A DNA stretch of 32,000 bases from Dickeya solani IPO 2222 (GCF_001644705.1 NZ_CP015137.1:4740001-4772000); one strand, 5' to 3'. Shown: positions 8,519 to 17,860, counted from the first letter of the stretch. Made by a program: numbers and translations. Notes: a model not told the origin generated them from the sequence alone.

Positions 8519-9646
8519 ATGGCTGAAGTCACTTTCAACAAACTGGAAAAAGTCTACTCCAACGGTTTCAAAGCAGTTCACGGTATCAACCTGACGATCA
8601 AAGACGGCGAATTCATGGTGATCGTAGGGCCGTCCGGCTGTGCGAAATCCACGACCTTGCGCATGCTGGCCGGTCTGGAAACCATCAGCGGCGGCGAAGT
8701 TCGCATCGGCGACAAGATCGTCAACAACCTGGCGCCGAAGGATCGCGGTATTGCGATGGTGTTCCAGAACTATGCGCTTTATCCGCATATGACGGTTCGC
8801 GAAAACCTGGCCTTCGGCCTGAAACTCAGCAAGATACCGAAAGACAAGATCGAAGCTCAGGTCAACGAAGCGGCCAAAATTCTGGAGCTGGAAGAGCTGA
8901 TGGATCGCCTGCCGCGCCAGCTGTCCGGCGGTCAGGCCCAGCGTGTGGCGGTAGGCCGCGCCATCGTGAAAAAACCAGACGTGTTCCTGTTCGACGAACC
9001 GCTTTCCAACCTAGATGCCAAGCTGCGCGCCTCAATGCGTATCCGCATTTCTGATCTGCACAAAGAACTGAAGAAAAGCGGTCACCCTGCCACCAGCGTC
9101 TACGTGACACACGACCAGACCGAAGCCATGACCATGGGCGATCGTATCTGCGTCATGAAGCTCGGGCACATCATGCAGGTGGATACGCCGGATAACCTCT
9201 ATCACTTCCCGAAAAACATGTTCGTCGCCGGTTTTATCGGCGCGCCAGAAATGAACATCAAACCGGGCAAGCTGCTGGAAGAAAACGGCCAGCTCACGTT
9301 GCAGGTAGGCCACTACACCATGAGTCTTAACCAATCCAAACAGGACAAAGTACGTGGTTACGTCGGCAAGGACATCTGCTTCGGTGTTCGCCCGGAATAC
9401 GTCACGGTATCGGAAGCGCCTTTCGATGGTGGTCACTTCCAGGGCGAACTGGTGCGTGCCGAAAACATGGGCCACGAATTCTTTATGTACATCAAGGTCG
9501 ATGGCTCTGAACTGACCAGCCGCATGCCTTCAGACGAAGCACGGGTGATTATCAACAATGGTCTGAATCGTCAGGTGTATTTCAAATTTGATATGGATAA
9601 ATGCCATATCTTTGATGCAAAAACAGAACAAAATATCTCTCTTTAA
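8519..9646 (+). CDS. togA: oligogalacturonide ABC transporter ATPase (MalK-like)
   Basis: 375 aa. Walker A GPSGCAKST, signature LSGGQAQR, Walker B VFLFDEPLS. Confidence 0.93.
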   Translation: MAEVTFNKLEKVYSNGFKAVHGINLTIKDGEFMVIVGPSGCAKSTTLRMLAGLETISGGEVRIGDKIVNNLAPKDRGIAMVFQNYALYPHMTVRENLAFGLKLSKIPKDKIEAQVNEAAKILELEELMDRLPRQLSGGQAQRVAVGRAIVKKPDVFLFDEPLSNLDAKLRASMRIRISDLHKELKKSGHPATSVYVTHDQTEAMTMGDRICVMKLGHIMQVDTPDNLYHFPKNMFVAGFIGAPEMNIKPGKLLEENGQLTLQVGHYTMSLNQSKQDKVRGYVGKDICFGVRPEYVTVSEAPFDGGHFQGELVRAENMGHEFFMYIKVDGSELTSRMPSDEARVIINNGLNRQVYFKFDMDKCHIFDAKTEQNISL

Positions 9647-9660
9647 CAGGAGTATAACCG

Positions 9661-10953
9661 ATGAAAAAAGTAATCCTACGCACATTGATTGCCTCTTCTC
9701 TGGCTCTGCTGGCTCATCAGTCTTTCGCTGCCGACCAGGTTGAGCTGCGCATGTCATGGTGGGGCGGCAACGGCCGCCACCAGGTCACGTTGAAAGCCAT
9801 TGAGGCATTCCAGAAACAGTACCCAAACATCAACGTGAAGGCGGAATACACCGGTTGGGACGGGCACCTGTCCCGTCTGACTACCCAGATCGCCGGCAAC
9901 ACCGAACCGGATGTGATGCAAACCAACTGGAACTGGCTGCCTATTTTTTCCCGAACCGGTGACGGCTTCTACGACCTGAACAAGGTGAAAGACGTGCTGG
10001 ATCTGTCTCAGTTTGACGCGAAAGAACTGCAGGCCACCACGGTAGACGGCAAGTTGAACGGGATTCCTATCTCCGTCACGGCGCGTGTGTTCTATTACAA
10101 CACCGAAACCTGGAAGAAATCCGGTTTGACCGCCCCGAAAAACTGGGATGAGCTGCTGAACGCCGGTAAAGTGTTCAAGGAAAAACTGGGTGATCAGTCC
10201 TACCCGCTGGTGCTGGAACATCAGGACTCACTGGCACTGCTGAACTCTTACATGGTGCAGAAATACAACATCCCGGCGGTAGACGAGAAGAACAAGAAAT
10301 TCTCTTACACCGATGCACAATGGGTGGAATTCTTCCAGATGTACAAAAAACTGGTTGATGCCCACGTCATGCCGTCTGCGAAATACTACGCGTCGTTCGG
10401 CAAAAGCAACATGTATGAAATGAAACCGTGGATTAACGGTGACTGGGGCGGCACGTACATGTGGAACTCCACCATCACCAAGTACTCCGATAACCTGCAG
10501 CCGCCGGCCAAACTGGAACTGGGCGCCTACCCGATGTTGCCGGGCGCCAAAGAAGCCGGGCTATTCTTCAAACCGGCTCAGATGTTGTCCATCGGTAAAT
10601 CCACTAAGCACCCGAAAGAAGCAGCCATGCTGATTAACTACCTGTTGAACAGCAAGGAAGGCATTCAGGCGCTGGGGCTGGAACGTGGTGTGCCGTTGAG
10701 CAAAGCCGCTGTCGCCCAGTTGCGTGCTGATGGCGTGATCAAGGACAGCGACCCGTCGGTAGCCGGCCTGAATCTGGCATTGTCTTTACCGCATGAAACC
10801 AAGACATCGCCTTATTTCGATGACCCGCAGATTGTCGCCCTGTTTGGCGATGCCATTCAGTATATCGATTACGAACAGAAATCCGTGGAAGAAACTGCCA
10901 AATACTTCCAGCGTCAGGCCGATCGTATTCTGAAGCGCGCCATGAAAGAATAA
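9661..10953 (+). CDS. togB: periplasmic oligogalacturonide-binding protein
   Basis: 430 aa with signal peptide ...LLAHQSFA/ADQ. Family-1 solute-binding protein, last gene of the tog set. Confidence 0.9.
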   Translation: MKKVILRTLIASSLALLAHQSFAADQVELRMSWWGGNGRHQVTLKAIEAFQKQYPNINVKAEYTGWDGHLSRLTTQIAGNTEPDVMQTNWNWLPIFSRTGDGFYDLNKVKDVLDLSQFDAKELQATTVDGKLNGIPISVTARVFYYNTETWKKSGLTAPKNWDELLNAGKVFKEKLGDQSYPLVLEHQDSLALLNSYMVQKYNIPAVDEKNKKFSYTDAQWVEFFQMYKKLVDAHVMPSAKYYASFGKSNMYEMKPWINGDWGGTYMWNSTITKYSDNLQPPAKLELGAYPMLPGAKEAGLFFKPAQMLSIGKSTKHPKEAAMLINYLLNSKEGIQALGLERGVPLSKAAVAQLRADGVIKDSDPSVAGLNLALSLPHETKTSPYFDDPQIVALFGDAIQYIDYEQKSVEETAKYFQRQADRILKRAMKE

Positions 10954-10976
10954 TCTTTAATTGGTTGTCTGTTTTA

Positions 10977-11006
10977 AGCCCCGAGCTCTCCGCCGGGGCT
11001 TTTTTA
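10977..11006 (+). terminator. togB intrinsic terminator
   Basis: Stem AGCCCCG (10977-10983) / CGGGGCT (10994-11000), followed by TTTTT. Confidence 0.8.
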
Positions 11007-11011
11007 TTAAA

Positions 11012-11070
11012 AATGAAACAAAATGAATCATCCTGTCGATCATCGTCACAATTTGAAATCATTTTGAATT
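11012..11070. promoter_or_regulatory. weak KdgR-like half-sites upstream of kdgM
   Basis: AATGAAACAAAATGAATCA (11012-11030) has a perfect left half only. TTTGAAATCATTTTGAATT (11052-11070) is a partial match to the consensus. Confidence 0.3.
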
Positions 11071-11202
11071 TATTGTGGTTCTAAAAGATCGAGATCACAA
11101 AACGATATTAAATAATCCATAAAATAGAACTTGTTCCATAAGAACACATCGATTTTATTTTTTTATTCTTTTCTTTATCTGTATGTATATAGGGAAAATA
11201 CA

Positions 11203-11913
11203 ATGAAGATTAAATTATTAACTTTGGCTGTTGCATCTCTGATTAGCGTCAACACTCTGGCTGTATCTATCGACTATCGCCATGAAATGCAGGATACCGC
11301 TCAGGCAGGTCATAAAGATCGCTTGTTAATCTCTCACCGTTTTGCTAATGGTTTCGGATTATCTTCCGAAGTTAAATGGGCGCAATCCAGTGCGGATAAA
11401 ACCCCAAACAAACCATTTAACGAACAGGTCAGTAACGGAACGGAAGTTGTCGCCAGTTACGTTTATAAATTCAATAACGTCTTTTCTATCGAACCTGGTT
11501 TTTCTTTAGAATCAAGTTCTTCAAATAACAACTACCGTCCATATCTCCGTGGTCGCGCTAATGTGACCGATGATTTGTCTGTCGCTTTACGTTATCGCCC
11601 TTACTTCAAACGTAATAGCGGTAATATTGGCAAAGACAATACCATGGATAAAGGTTATACACTGACCGGTAATATCGACTATACCTTCCTGAAGGATTAC
11701 ACCATCGGCTACGAGCTGGAGTACAAGAAAGGGACTTCTGGCAAAACTATTTTGTCTGATAACGATAATTACGACATCACTCATAACGTGAAACTGTCTT
11801 ATAAATGGGACAAAAACTGGAAACCGTATGTTGAAGTCGGCAACGTTTCCGGTTCTGAAACCACCGATGAGCGCCAGACTCGTTATCGCGTAGGCGTGCA
11901 GTACAGCTTCTGA
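11203..11913 (+). CDS. kdgM: oligogalacturonate-specific outer-membrane porin
   Basis: The ORF track starts at 11131. I trimmed it to the ATG at 11203, where a signal peptide begins (MKIKLLTLAVASLISVNTLA/VS). It ends in YSF, a typical beta-barrel C-terminus. KdgM/NanC family. Confidence 0.9.
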   Translation: MKIKLLTLAVASLISVNTLAVSIDYRHEMQDTAQAGHKDRLLISHRFANGFGLSSEVKWAQSSADKTPNKPFNEQVSNGTEVVASYVYKFNNVFSIEPGFSLESSSSNNNYRPYLRGRANVTDDLSVALRYRPYFKRNSGNIGKDNTMDKGYTLTGNIDYTFLKDYTIGYELEYKKGTSGKTILSDNDNYDITHNVKLSYKWDKNWKPYVEVGNVSGSETTDERQTRYRVGVQYSF

Positions 11914-12090
11914 TAGCTGCCCGTGGCACCGAAATATCGGCGCCGAAAATGGATGATAAATAACCCGCCAATAGGTTGTTATTTATTATCCTGGTTAATC
12001 ACCTAACGGGAATTAGCCAAACCATCAATTCGTCTTTTTAAATTTCTGCGTCTGTTTCCCTCTGAGGGAAATAATACCATTCGCCAATTT

Positions 12091-12137
12091 AGGTAAACAT
12101 TTTACTCTCTTCGATGAAGTGTTTACCTGTTTTTTTA
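12091..12137 (+). terminator. terminator-like hairpin between kdgM and paeX
   Basis: Stem AGGTAAACA (12091-12099) / TGTTTACCT (12120-12128), 20-nt loop, then G plus seven T (12130-12136). It ends 49 nt before the paeX ATG. Confidence 0.55.
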
Positions 12138-12185
12138 TCCCCACCACCGTCATACTGATTCTATTAATCAAACGAGTAAACTGTC

Positions 12186-13154
12186 ATGTCACTACGAAAG
12201 GTAATTGCAGGAACGCTTATGCTGTCTGTCAGTGGATTCAGTCTCGCCGACACCATCTTCCCGATATGGCCGCAAGGCGAAGCGCCAGGTGCGGTAACAT
12301 CGTCAGTACAACAGCAGGTCGTTGAGCGCAGTAAAGACCCCACTTTGCCAGACCGAGCCGTGACCGGTATCCGCAGCCCGGAAATCACGGTTTATGCCCC
12401 GGAAAAACCGAATGGCACAGCATTGTTGATTACCCCCGGCGGCTCCTATCAACGCGTGGTACTGGACAAAGAAGGCAGCGATTTGGCGCCCTTTTTCACC
12501 CGACAGGGTTACACCCTGTTCGTCATGACATACCGTATGCCGGGCGACGGCCATCAGGAAGGGGCCGATGCGCCACTGGCCGATGCCCAGCGCGCCATAC
12601 GCACGTTGCGGGCCCATGCCGCGCAATGGCGCATTGACCCGCAACGCATTGGCATCATGGGCTTCTCCGCCGGCGGGCATGTCGCCGCCAGTCTGGGCAC
12701 CCGTTTTGCACAAACCGTTTATCCGGCGCAGGATGAGATCGACCATATGAGCGCCCGCCCGGACTTCATGGTGCTGATGTACCCGGTCATTTCCATGCAG
12801 GAAAACATTGCGCACGCCGGCTCCCGTAAAGCGCTGATCGGCTCTCACCCCAGCGAAGCGCAAATCCAGCGTTACTCCGCAGAAAAACAGGTCAGCGCAC
12901 AAACCCCGCCGACATTTTTGGTCCATGCGATTGACGACCCGTCCGTATCGGTAGACAACAGTCTGGTGATGCTGACGGCGTTGCGCGCGCACCAGATTCC
13001 GGCAGAAATCCATCTGTTTGAACAGGGAAAACATGGTTTTGGTATCCGCGGCACGGTCGGGTTGCCCGCCGCTATCTGGCCGCAACTGCTGGATAACTGG
13101 CTAACATCACTGCCGTCAAAGAAAAATTCGGCGAATCAACCGGATAAAAAATAA
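12186..13154 (+). CDS. paeX: periplasmic pectin acetylesterase (alpha/beta hydrolase)
   Basis: 322 aa with signal peptide ...SVSGFSLA/D. Nucleophile motif GFSAGGH and a later HAIDD / GKHGF region. Positioned after kdgM as described for Dickeya paeX. Confidence 0.8.
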   Translation: MSLRKVIAGTLMLSVSGFSLADTIFPIWPQGEAPGAVTSSVQQQVVERSKDPTLPDRAVTGIRSPEITVYAPEKPNGTALLITPGGSYQRVVLDKEGSDLAPFFTRQGYTLFVMTYRMPGDGHQEGADAPLADAQRAIRTLRAHAAQWRIDPQRIGIMGFSAGGHVAASLGTRFAQTVYPAQDEIDHMSARPDFMVLMYPVISMQENIAHAGSRKALIGSHPSEAQIQRYSAEKQVSAQTPPTFLVHAIDDPSVSVDNSLVMLTALRAHQIPAEIHLFEQGKHGFGIRGTVGLPAAIWPQLLDNWLTSLPSKKNSANQPDKK

Positions 13155-13198
13155 CTGGTTACACCGTCACACCTTTCGCCGTCTATCACAATCTCCTA

Positions 13199-13218
13199 TA
13201 CTGTATAAAATGACAGTT
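13199..13218. promoter_or_regulatory. LexA (SOS) box upstream of ydjM
   Basis: TACTGTATAAAATGACAGTT has CTGT-N8-ACAG with an AT-rich spacer. It ends 14 nt upstream of the ydjM ATG. Confidence 0.75.
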
Positions 13219-13231
13219 TTTGAGATGTTTC

Positions 13232-13810
13232 ATGACCGCGGAAGGCCACCTCCTGTTTGCCGTAGCCAGCGCAATTTTCGCCAAAAAAGCAGAATTATCG
13301 CCCGTTCTGGCCGCCGGCGACTGGTGGCACATTATTCCCGCCGCCATGCTGACAGCGCTGCTGCCCGACATCGACCACCCGAAGTCCATTCTGGGCCAAC
13401 GCCTGAAATGGATTTCGGTGCCGATCGCCAGGCTGTGCGGCCATCGCGGTTTTACACACAGCCTGCTGGCGATTCTGGCCGGCGTTTATGTTATCCGCAC
13501 CCGGCTACCCGCAGACTGGCCGTTACCGGGCGATGTCTATCACGCCATGATCGTAGGGTATCTGAGCCATATCGTCGCCGATATGCTGACTACGGCAGGA
13601 GTACCGCTGCTGTGGCCCTGTCGCTGGCGTTTTCGTTTGCCCATCCTCAACAGCGACAAAGGAAATCAGTTGGAACGACTGCTGTGCGTGGGTCTGATCC
13701 TGTTCATGCTATGGCAACCGCAACAGCCGCTGGAATCCTGGCATTACGGCGAACCGGCGCGATGGCTGCAACAGTTCAGTCAGCAGCTTCGTCAGTTACT
13801 GACGCTCTGA
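13232..13810 (+). CDS. ydjM: LexA-regulated inner-membrane metal-dependent hydrolase family protein
   Basis: The ORF track starts at a TTG at 13220. I trimmed it to the ATG at 13232 (MTAEGHLLFAVASAIFAK...LLPDIDHPKS...), matching E. coli YdjM as I recall it. Confidence 0.9.
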   Translation: MTAEGHLLFAVASAIFAKKAELSPVLAAGDWWHIIPAAMLTALLPDIDHPKSILGQRLKWISVPIARLCGHRGFTHSLLAILAGVYVIRTRLPADWPLPGDVYHAMIVGYLSHIVADMLTTAGVPLLWPCRWRFRLPILNSDKGNQLERLLCVGLILFMLWQPQQPLESWHYGEPARWLQQFSQQLRQLLTL

Positions 13811-13961
13811 TACTGGCGCTCTGAGCTGGCCGCGTTATTCCATTCTGCTCACCCGATGTTAGTTATCTCTATAACCTCGATATAAAAGACCTGTTATGCT
13901 ACCGCGTTGGCTATGCCTCTCTGACCGTAGCCATTTTGATCATTAAAAAAGGAGTAGTGGG

Positions 13962-15353
13962 ATGAATTTTCCGCTGATAATAAATGTGGTTGTTTTTGCT
14001 GTGTTGCTCTTTGCACTAGGGTATGGCGGTAATAAAAACTGGAGTCTGTCCAAAAAGGTGTTGCTGGGTCTGATCACCGGCGTGCTGTTCGGGCTGGTGT
14101 TGCACCTGATTTACGGCGACGATAATCCGATCGTAAAACAATCCATCGCCTGGTTTAACATCGTCGGCAACGGCTACGTACAATTGCTGCAGATGATTGT
14201 AATGCCGCTGGTGTTCGTTTCCATTCTCAACTCGGTTGCCCGGTTGCATAATGCCTCATCGCTGGGAAAAATCAGCCTGCTGGCGCTGGGCACGTTACTG
14301 TTTACCACGCTGATTGCCGCGCTGATCGGTATCTTTGTCACCAACCTGTTCGGTCTTACCGCCTCAGGGCTGGTACAGGGCACGCAGGAAAGCGCTCGTC
14401 TGTCTACGCTCCAGAACAGCTATGTCGGTAAAGTCGCGGACCTGAGTGTCCCGCAGTTGCTGCTGTCGTTTATCCCCAAAAACCCGTTTGCCGACCTAAC
14501 CGGCGCCAACCCGACCTCGATCATCAGCGTGGTGATTTTCGCTGCGTTTCTCGGCGTCGCCGCGCTGCATCTGTTGAAAGACGATGCGGTGAAAGGCGAA
14601 CGTGTGCTGACGGCTATTGATACCCTGCAATCCTGGGTGATGAAACTGGTCCGTCTGGTCATGCGTCTCACACCTTATGGCGTTATGGCGCTGATGACCA
14701 AAATGGTCGCCAGTTCTAACCTGCAAGACATCCTCAAGCTGGGGGGCTTTGTCGTGGCCTCCTATCTCGGTCTGGGTCTGATGTTTGGCATCCATGCCGT
14801 GCTGCTGGCACTGACCGGCGTGAACCCGGCCCGTTTCTACCGCAAGGTCTGGCCGGTACTGAGCTTCGCCTTCACCAGCCGCTCCAGCGCCGCCACCATT
14901 CCGCTGAATATTGAGGCCCAGACGCGTCGTATCGGCGTACCGGAATCCATCGCCAGCTTTGCCGCCTCCTTTGGCACCACCATCGGCCAGAATGGCTGCG
15001 CCGGGCTTTATCCGGCCATGCTGGCGGTGATGGTCGCGCCGACGGTCGGCATCAACCCGTGGGATCCCATGTGGATTGCCACTCTGGCAGGCATCGTGAC
15101 GCTAAGCTCGGCAGGCGTGGCCGGTGTCGGCGGCGGCGCAACCTTCGCCGCGCTGATTGTCCTGCCCGCCATGGGCCTGCCGGTGACGCTGGTTGCTCTG
15201 CTGATTTCCATTGAACCGTTGATCGATATGGGGCGCACCGCGCTGAACGTCAGTGGTTCAATGACCGCAGGCACCATTACCAGCCAGTTGCTGAAACAAA
15301 CCGATAAAACGGTACTGAATCAGGATGACGACGCCGCATTGACGCAACGTTAA
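13962..15353 (+). CDS. tcyP: L-cystine transporter, dicarboxylate/amino acid:cation symporter family
   Basis: 463 aa with RBS AGGAG. Near-colinear with E. coli YdjN/TcyP (MNFPLI...[22 protein letters not shown]...). Confidence 0.9.
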   Translation: MNFPLIINVVVFAVLLFALGYGGNKNWSLSKKVLLGLITGVLFGLVLHLIYGDDNPIVKQSIAWFNIVGNGYVQLLQMIVMPLVFVSILNSVARLHNASSLGKISLLALGTLLFTTLIAALIGIFVTNLFGLTASGLVQGTQESARLSTLQNSYVGKVADLSVPQLLLSFIPKNPFADLTGANPTSIISVVIFAAFLGVAALHLLKDDAVKGERVLTAIDTLQSWVMKLVRLVMRLTPYGVMALMTKMVASSNLQDILKLGGFVVASYLGLGLMFGIHAVLLALTGVNPARFYRKVWPVLSFAFTSRSSAATIPLNIEAQTRRIGVPESIASFAASFGTTIGQNGCAGLYPAMLAVMVAPTVGINPWDPMWIATLAGIVTLSSAGVAGVGGGATFAALIVLPAMGLPVTLVALLISIEPLIDMGRTALNVSGSMTAGTITSQLLKQTDKTVLNQDDDAALTQR

Positions 15354-15371
15354 TCCTTTTGGTCATGACAT

Positions 15372-15411
15372 AAAAAATGCCGGAGCGGTTTCCCCCTCCG
15401 GCATTTTTTTG
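15372..15411. terminator. bidirectional terminator shared by tcyP and osmE
   Basis: AAAAAATGCCGGAG-N10-CTCCGGCATTTTTTT: a 9-bp stem flanked by an A run on one side and a T run on the other. Confidence 0.8.
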
Positions 15412-15419
15412 CGCTCCGA

Positions 15420-15749
15420 TCAGAATTTCGGATTGGTGTCATATTCCTGACAACTCTGGAATCCTTTGTTCAGCACATGGCCGGTTTCATCAAAGCTGAC
15501 GAAGTAGTACTGAATCTTGCCGTCACGGGTGCCGAGCACATAAGTATTACAAGTGCCGCGGGCATGAATCATGGTGGCTTCCGTTGATGCAGGGCCAGCA
15601 ATCCGGTTCACTTCCTGGCGGCTCATGCCTTTTTTTACATCCTTCACTACCGGTTTGGTGAGGAAATTTTCCGCACGATCATAAGCCACACATCCAGAGA
15701 GCATCAGAGCACTTGCCGCGATACACATGAGTAAACGATTTTTCTTCAT
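15420..15749 (-). CDS. osmE: osmotically inducible lipoprotein E
   Basis: 109 aa with lipobox LMLSGC. The segment [19 protein letters not shown] matches E. coli OsmE as I recall it. Confidence 0.9.
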   Translation of the reverse strand: MKKNRLLMCIAASALMLSGCVAYDRAENFLTKPVVKDVKKGMSRQEVNRIAGPASTEATMIHARGTCNTYVLGTRDGKIQYYFVSFDETGHVLNKGFQSCQEYDTNPKF

Positions 15750-15972
15750 GGCATTACCTCATTCGCTATCGGTGTTGCTAAGACTAGATAGCAACCGCGG
15801 CTTTTTCAAATCGGTCGCGTTTTTTCAACAGACTGATAGTTGGCGAAAAAGCCCCCGGTTCGATGTAAAACCTCCGGCTTTCTCTTGTTCTTTTGTTCCG
15901 CCGGAATTAACGTTACCCTCTGGTGATGTGAGTAATTATTCTGGCACATCAATAGGTTCAGGAGGGGGCGAC

Positions 15973-16797
15973 ATGTCATTACAGCAGGAAATCATTCAGG
16001 CGCTCGGGGTGAAAAGCACCATCGATCCGGCGCAGGAAATTCGGGTGAGCGTTGATTTTTTAAAGAATTATCTGAAGGCACATCCGTTCGTCAAAAGCCT
16101 GGTGCTGGGGCTCAGCGGTGGGCAGGACTCAACGCTCACCGGCAAAGTCTGTCAGACGGCTATCGCCGAATTGCGCGAAGAAACCGGCAAAGCCGATTAT
16201 CAGTTCATTGCGGTACGTTTGCCGTATGGCGTGCAGGCTGATGAGCAGGACTGTCAGGACGCCATCCAGTTTATCCAACCAGACCAGGTGCTAACGGTTA
16301 ACATCAAACCGGCGGTGGACGCCAGCGAAGCGACGCTACGCGCCATCGGCATTGAGCTGTCTGATTTCGTCAAAGGCAACGAAAAGGCGCGCGAACGCAT
16401 GAAAGCCCAGTACAGTATTGCGGGCATGAACGCCGGGCTGGTAGTCGGAACCGATCATGCGGCGGAAGCCGTTACCGGCTTTTTCACCAAATACGGCGAT
16501 GGCGGCACCGACATCAACCCGATTTTCCGCCTCAACAAGCGGCAAGGCAAAGCGCTGCTTAAGTTGCTGGGCTGCCCGGTGCACCTCTACACCAAAGCGC
16601 CGACGGCTGACCTTGAAGACGATCGCCCATCACTCCCGGATGAAACCGCCCTGGGAGTAACCTACGAGAAGATCGACGATTATCTGGAAGGCAAACAACT
16701 TGAGCCGGTCGATGCCGCTATTATCGAAAGCTGGTACCGCAGAACCGAGCACAAACGCCGTCCTCCCGTTACCGTTTTTGATGATTTCTGGCGTTGA
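15973..16797 (+). CDS. nadE: ammonia-dependent NAD+ synthetase
   Basis: The ORF track starts at 15727. I trimmed it to the ATG at 15973 (RBS GGAGGGGG; [13 protein letters not shown]...). SGGQDS PP-loop motif present. 274 aa. Confidence 0.95.
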   Translation: MSLQQEIIQALGVKSTIDPAQEIRVSVDFLKNYLKAHPFVKSLVLGLSGGQDSTLTGKVCQTAIAELREETGKADYQFIAVRLPYGVQADEQDCQDAIQFIQPDQVLTVNIKPAVDASEATLRAIGIELSDFVKGNEKARERMKAQYSIAGMNAGLVVGTDHAAEAVTGFFTKYGDGGTDINPIFRLNKRQGKALLKLLGCPVHLYTKAPTADLEDDRPSLPDETALGVTYEKIDDYLEGKQLEPVDAAIIESWYRRTEHKRRPPVTVFDDFWR

Positions 16798-16841
16798 TGA
16801 CCGCGCGGCGCAAGACCCAGAACTAGATCCGGAATATTCAT

Positions 16842-16870
16842 GCGGATGCCGTCTGGCATCCGCCTTTTTA
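16842..16870 (+). terminator. nadE intrinsic terminator
   Basis: Stem GCGGATGCC / GGCATCCGC with loop GTCT, followed by CTTTTTA. Confidence 0.8.
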
Positions 16871-16896
16871 TGCCATGCCATAACGATAACCCCTTG

Positions 16897-17790
16897 ATGA
16901 TAGCCATAACCCCTTATCGCGCCACGCTGGCCGGCCTACTGGCGATTATGCTCTGGAGCACCTCTGTCGGCCTGATTCGCAGCCTGACCGAGGCGCTGGG
17001 CGCGTTAGGCGGCGCTGCCATGATTTATACCACCAGCGCCCTCTTCCTCCTGTTATTCGGGCATCGTCCCACATTTCGTTCCCACTCAAAAATCTATCTG
17101 CTGCTCGGCGGCGCGCTGTTTGTCAGCTACGAAATCTGTTTCTCGCTGTCGATTGGGCTGGCGCAAAACCGGATACAGGCGATGGAACTGGGGATGATCA
17201 ATTATCTATGGCCCTGTCTGACGATTCTGTTTTCGCTGTTTATCAATCAGCAGAAAAGCCGGTTTTGGCTATGGCCGGGTCTTGCCCTGTCGGTAACGGG
17301 GATCCTGTGGATTCTGAAAGGCGACGGCGACTGGTCGCCCGCGCTGATGTGGCAGAATATCAGTGCCAATCCGCTGGCCTATGGCATGGCGCTGACCGCT
17401 GCGCTGGTCTGGGCATTGTATTGCAACGTCTCACGCCGATTCGGCAACGGGAAAAGCGGCATCCTGCTGTTTTTCACCACCGTTTCCGTCGTCCTGTGGG
17501 GGCAATATCTGCTCACCGACGCGCCCGGTTTTTCTTTCACGGCGCAGACCCTGCTGGAACTGCTCTTCATCGGCGGCTCGACTGCACTGGCCTATGCCGC
17601 CTGGGATGTCGGTATTCAACGTGGCAATATGGCGTTGCTGGCCACCGCGTCCTACTTTACGCCAGTACTCACGACGCTGATGGCGGCGTTATGGCTGCAA
17701 ACCGTGCCTACCTTCGCTTTCTGGCAAGGCGTCATCATGGTGACATTGGGGTCGCTGCTTTCGTGGCTAGCCACGCGCTCACCCGGTTAA
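16897..17790 (+). CDS. yddG: aromatic amino acid exporter, DMT superfamily
   Basis: The ORF track starts at 16840, inside the nadE terminator. I trimmed it to the ATG at 16897. ATLAGLLAIMLWSTSVGLIRS...GGAAMIY parallels E. coli YddG. The exact start is uncertain. Confidence 0.8.
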   Translation: MIAITPYRATLAGLLAIMLWSTSVGLIRSLTEALGALGGAAMIYTTSALFLLLFGHRPTFRSHSKIYLLLGGALFVSYEICFSLSIGLAQNRIQAMELGMINYLWPCLTILFSLFINQQKSRFWLWPGLALSVTGILWILKGDGDWSPALMWQNISANPLAYGMALTAALVWALYCNVSRRFGNGKSGILLFFTTVSVVLWGQYLLTDAPGFSFTAQTLLELLFIGGSTALAYAAWDVGIQRGNMALLATASYFTPVLTTLMAALWLQTVPTFAFWQGVIMVTLGSLLSWLATRSPG

Positions 17791-17812
17791 TCTGCGTCGG
17801 AACACGGTTTTT

Positions 17813-17845
17813 GTGTTAAATTGTATATATTATGCAATTTAACAC
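17813..17845. promoter_or_regulatory. 33-bp near-perfect palindrome, probable Rrf2/NsrR-type operator of ygbA
   Basis: GTGTTAAATTGTATA-TAT-TATGCAATTTAACAC: 15-3-15 with 14 of 15 arm positions complementary. It ends 15 nt before the ygbA ATG. The inner part loosely resembles the NsrR motif AAGATGCATTT-N-AAATGCATCTT. Confidence 0.55.
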
Positions 17846-17860
17846 AGCCACGGGAGTGCC

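Noticed and set aside
13210-13824. 204-aa ORF in an alternative + frame over ydjM
   Set aside because: It overlaps ydjM, whose frame matches the E. coli protein. The alternative frame is Arg/Ala/Pro-rich with no features.
15727-15972. Long N-terminal extension of the nadE ORF (356 aa in the track) overlapping the osmE start
   Set aside because: The extension is low-complexity and overlaps the divergent osmE promoter region. A strong RBS and an ATG at 15973 give the canonical 274-aa NadE. Similar spurious upstream extensions were trimmed for yniB, kdgM, ydjM, yddG, rpmI, thrS, kdgR and htpX.
17813-17845. Possible dif/Xer site, because the TGTATATATTATG core resembles the dif centre
   Set aside because: The flanking arms do not match the conserved XerC (GGTGCGCATAA) or XerD (TTATGTTAAAT) arms beyond TTATG. 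The position right at the ygbA promoter fits a transcription-factor operator better.
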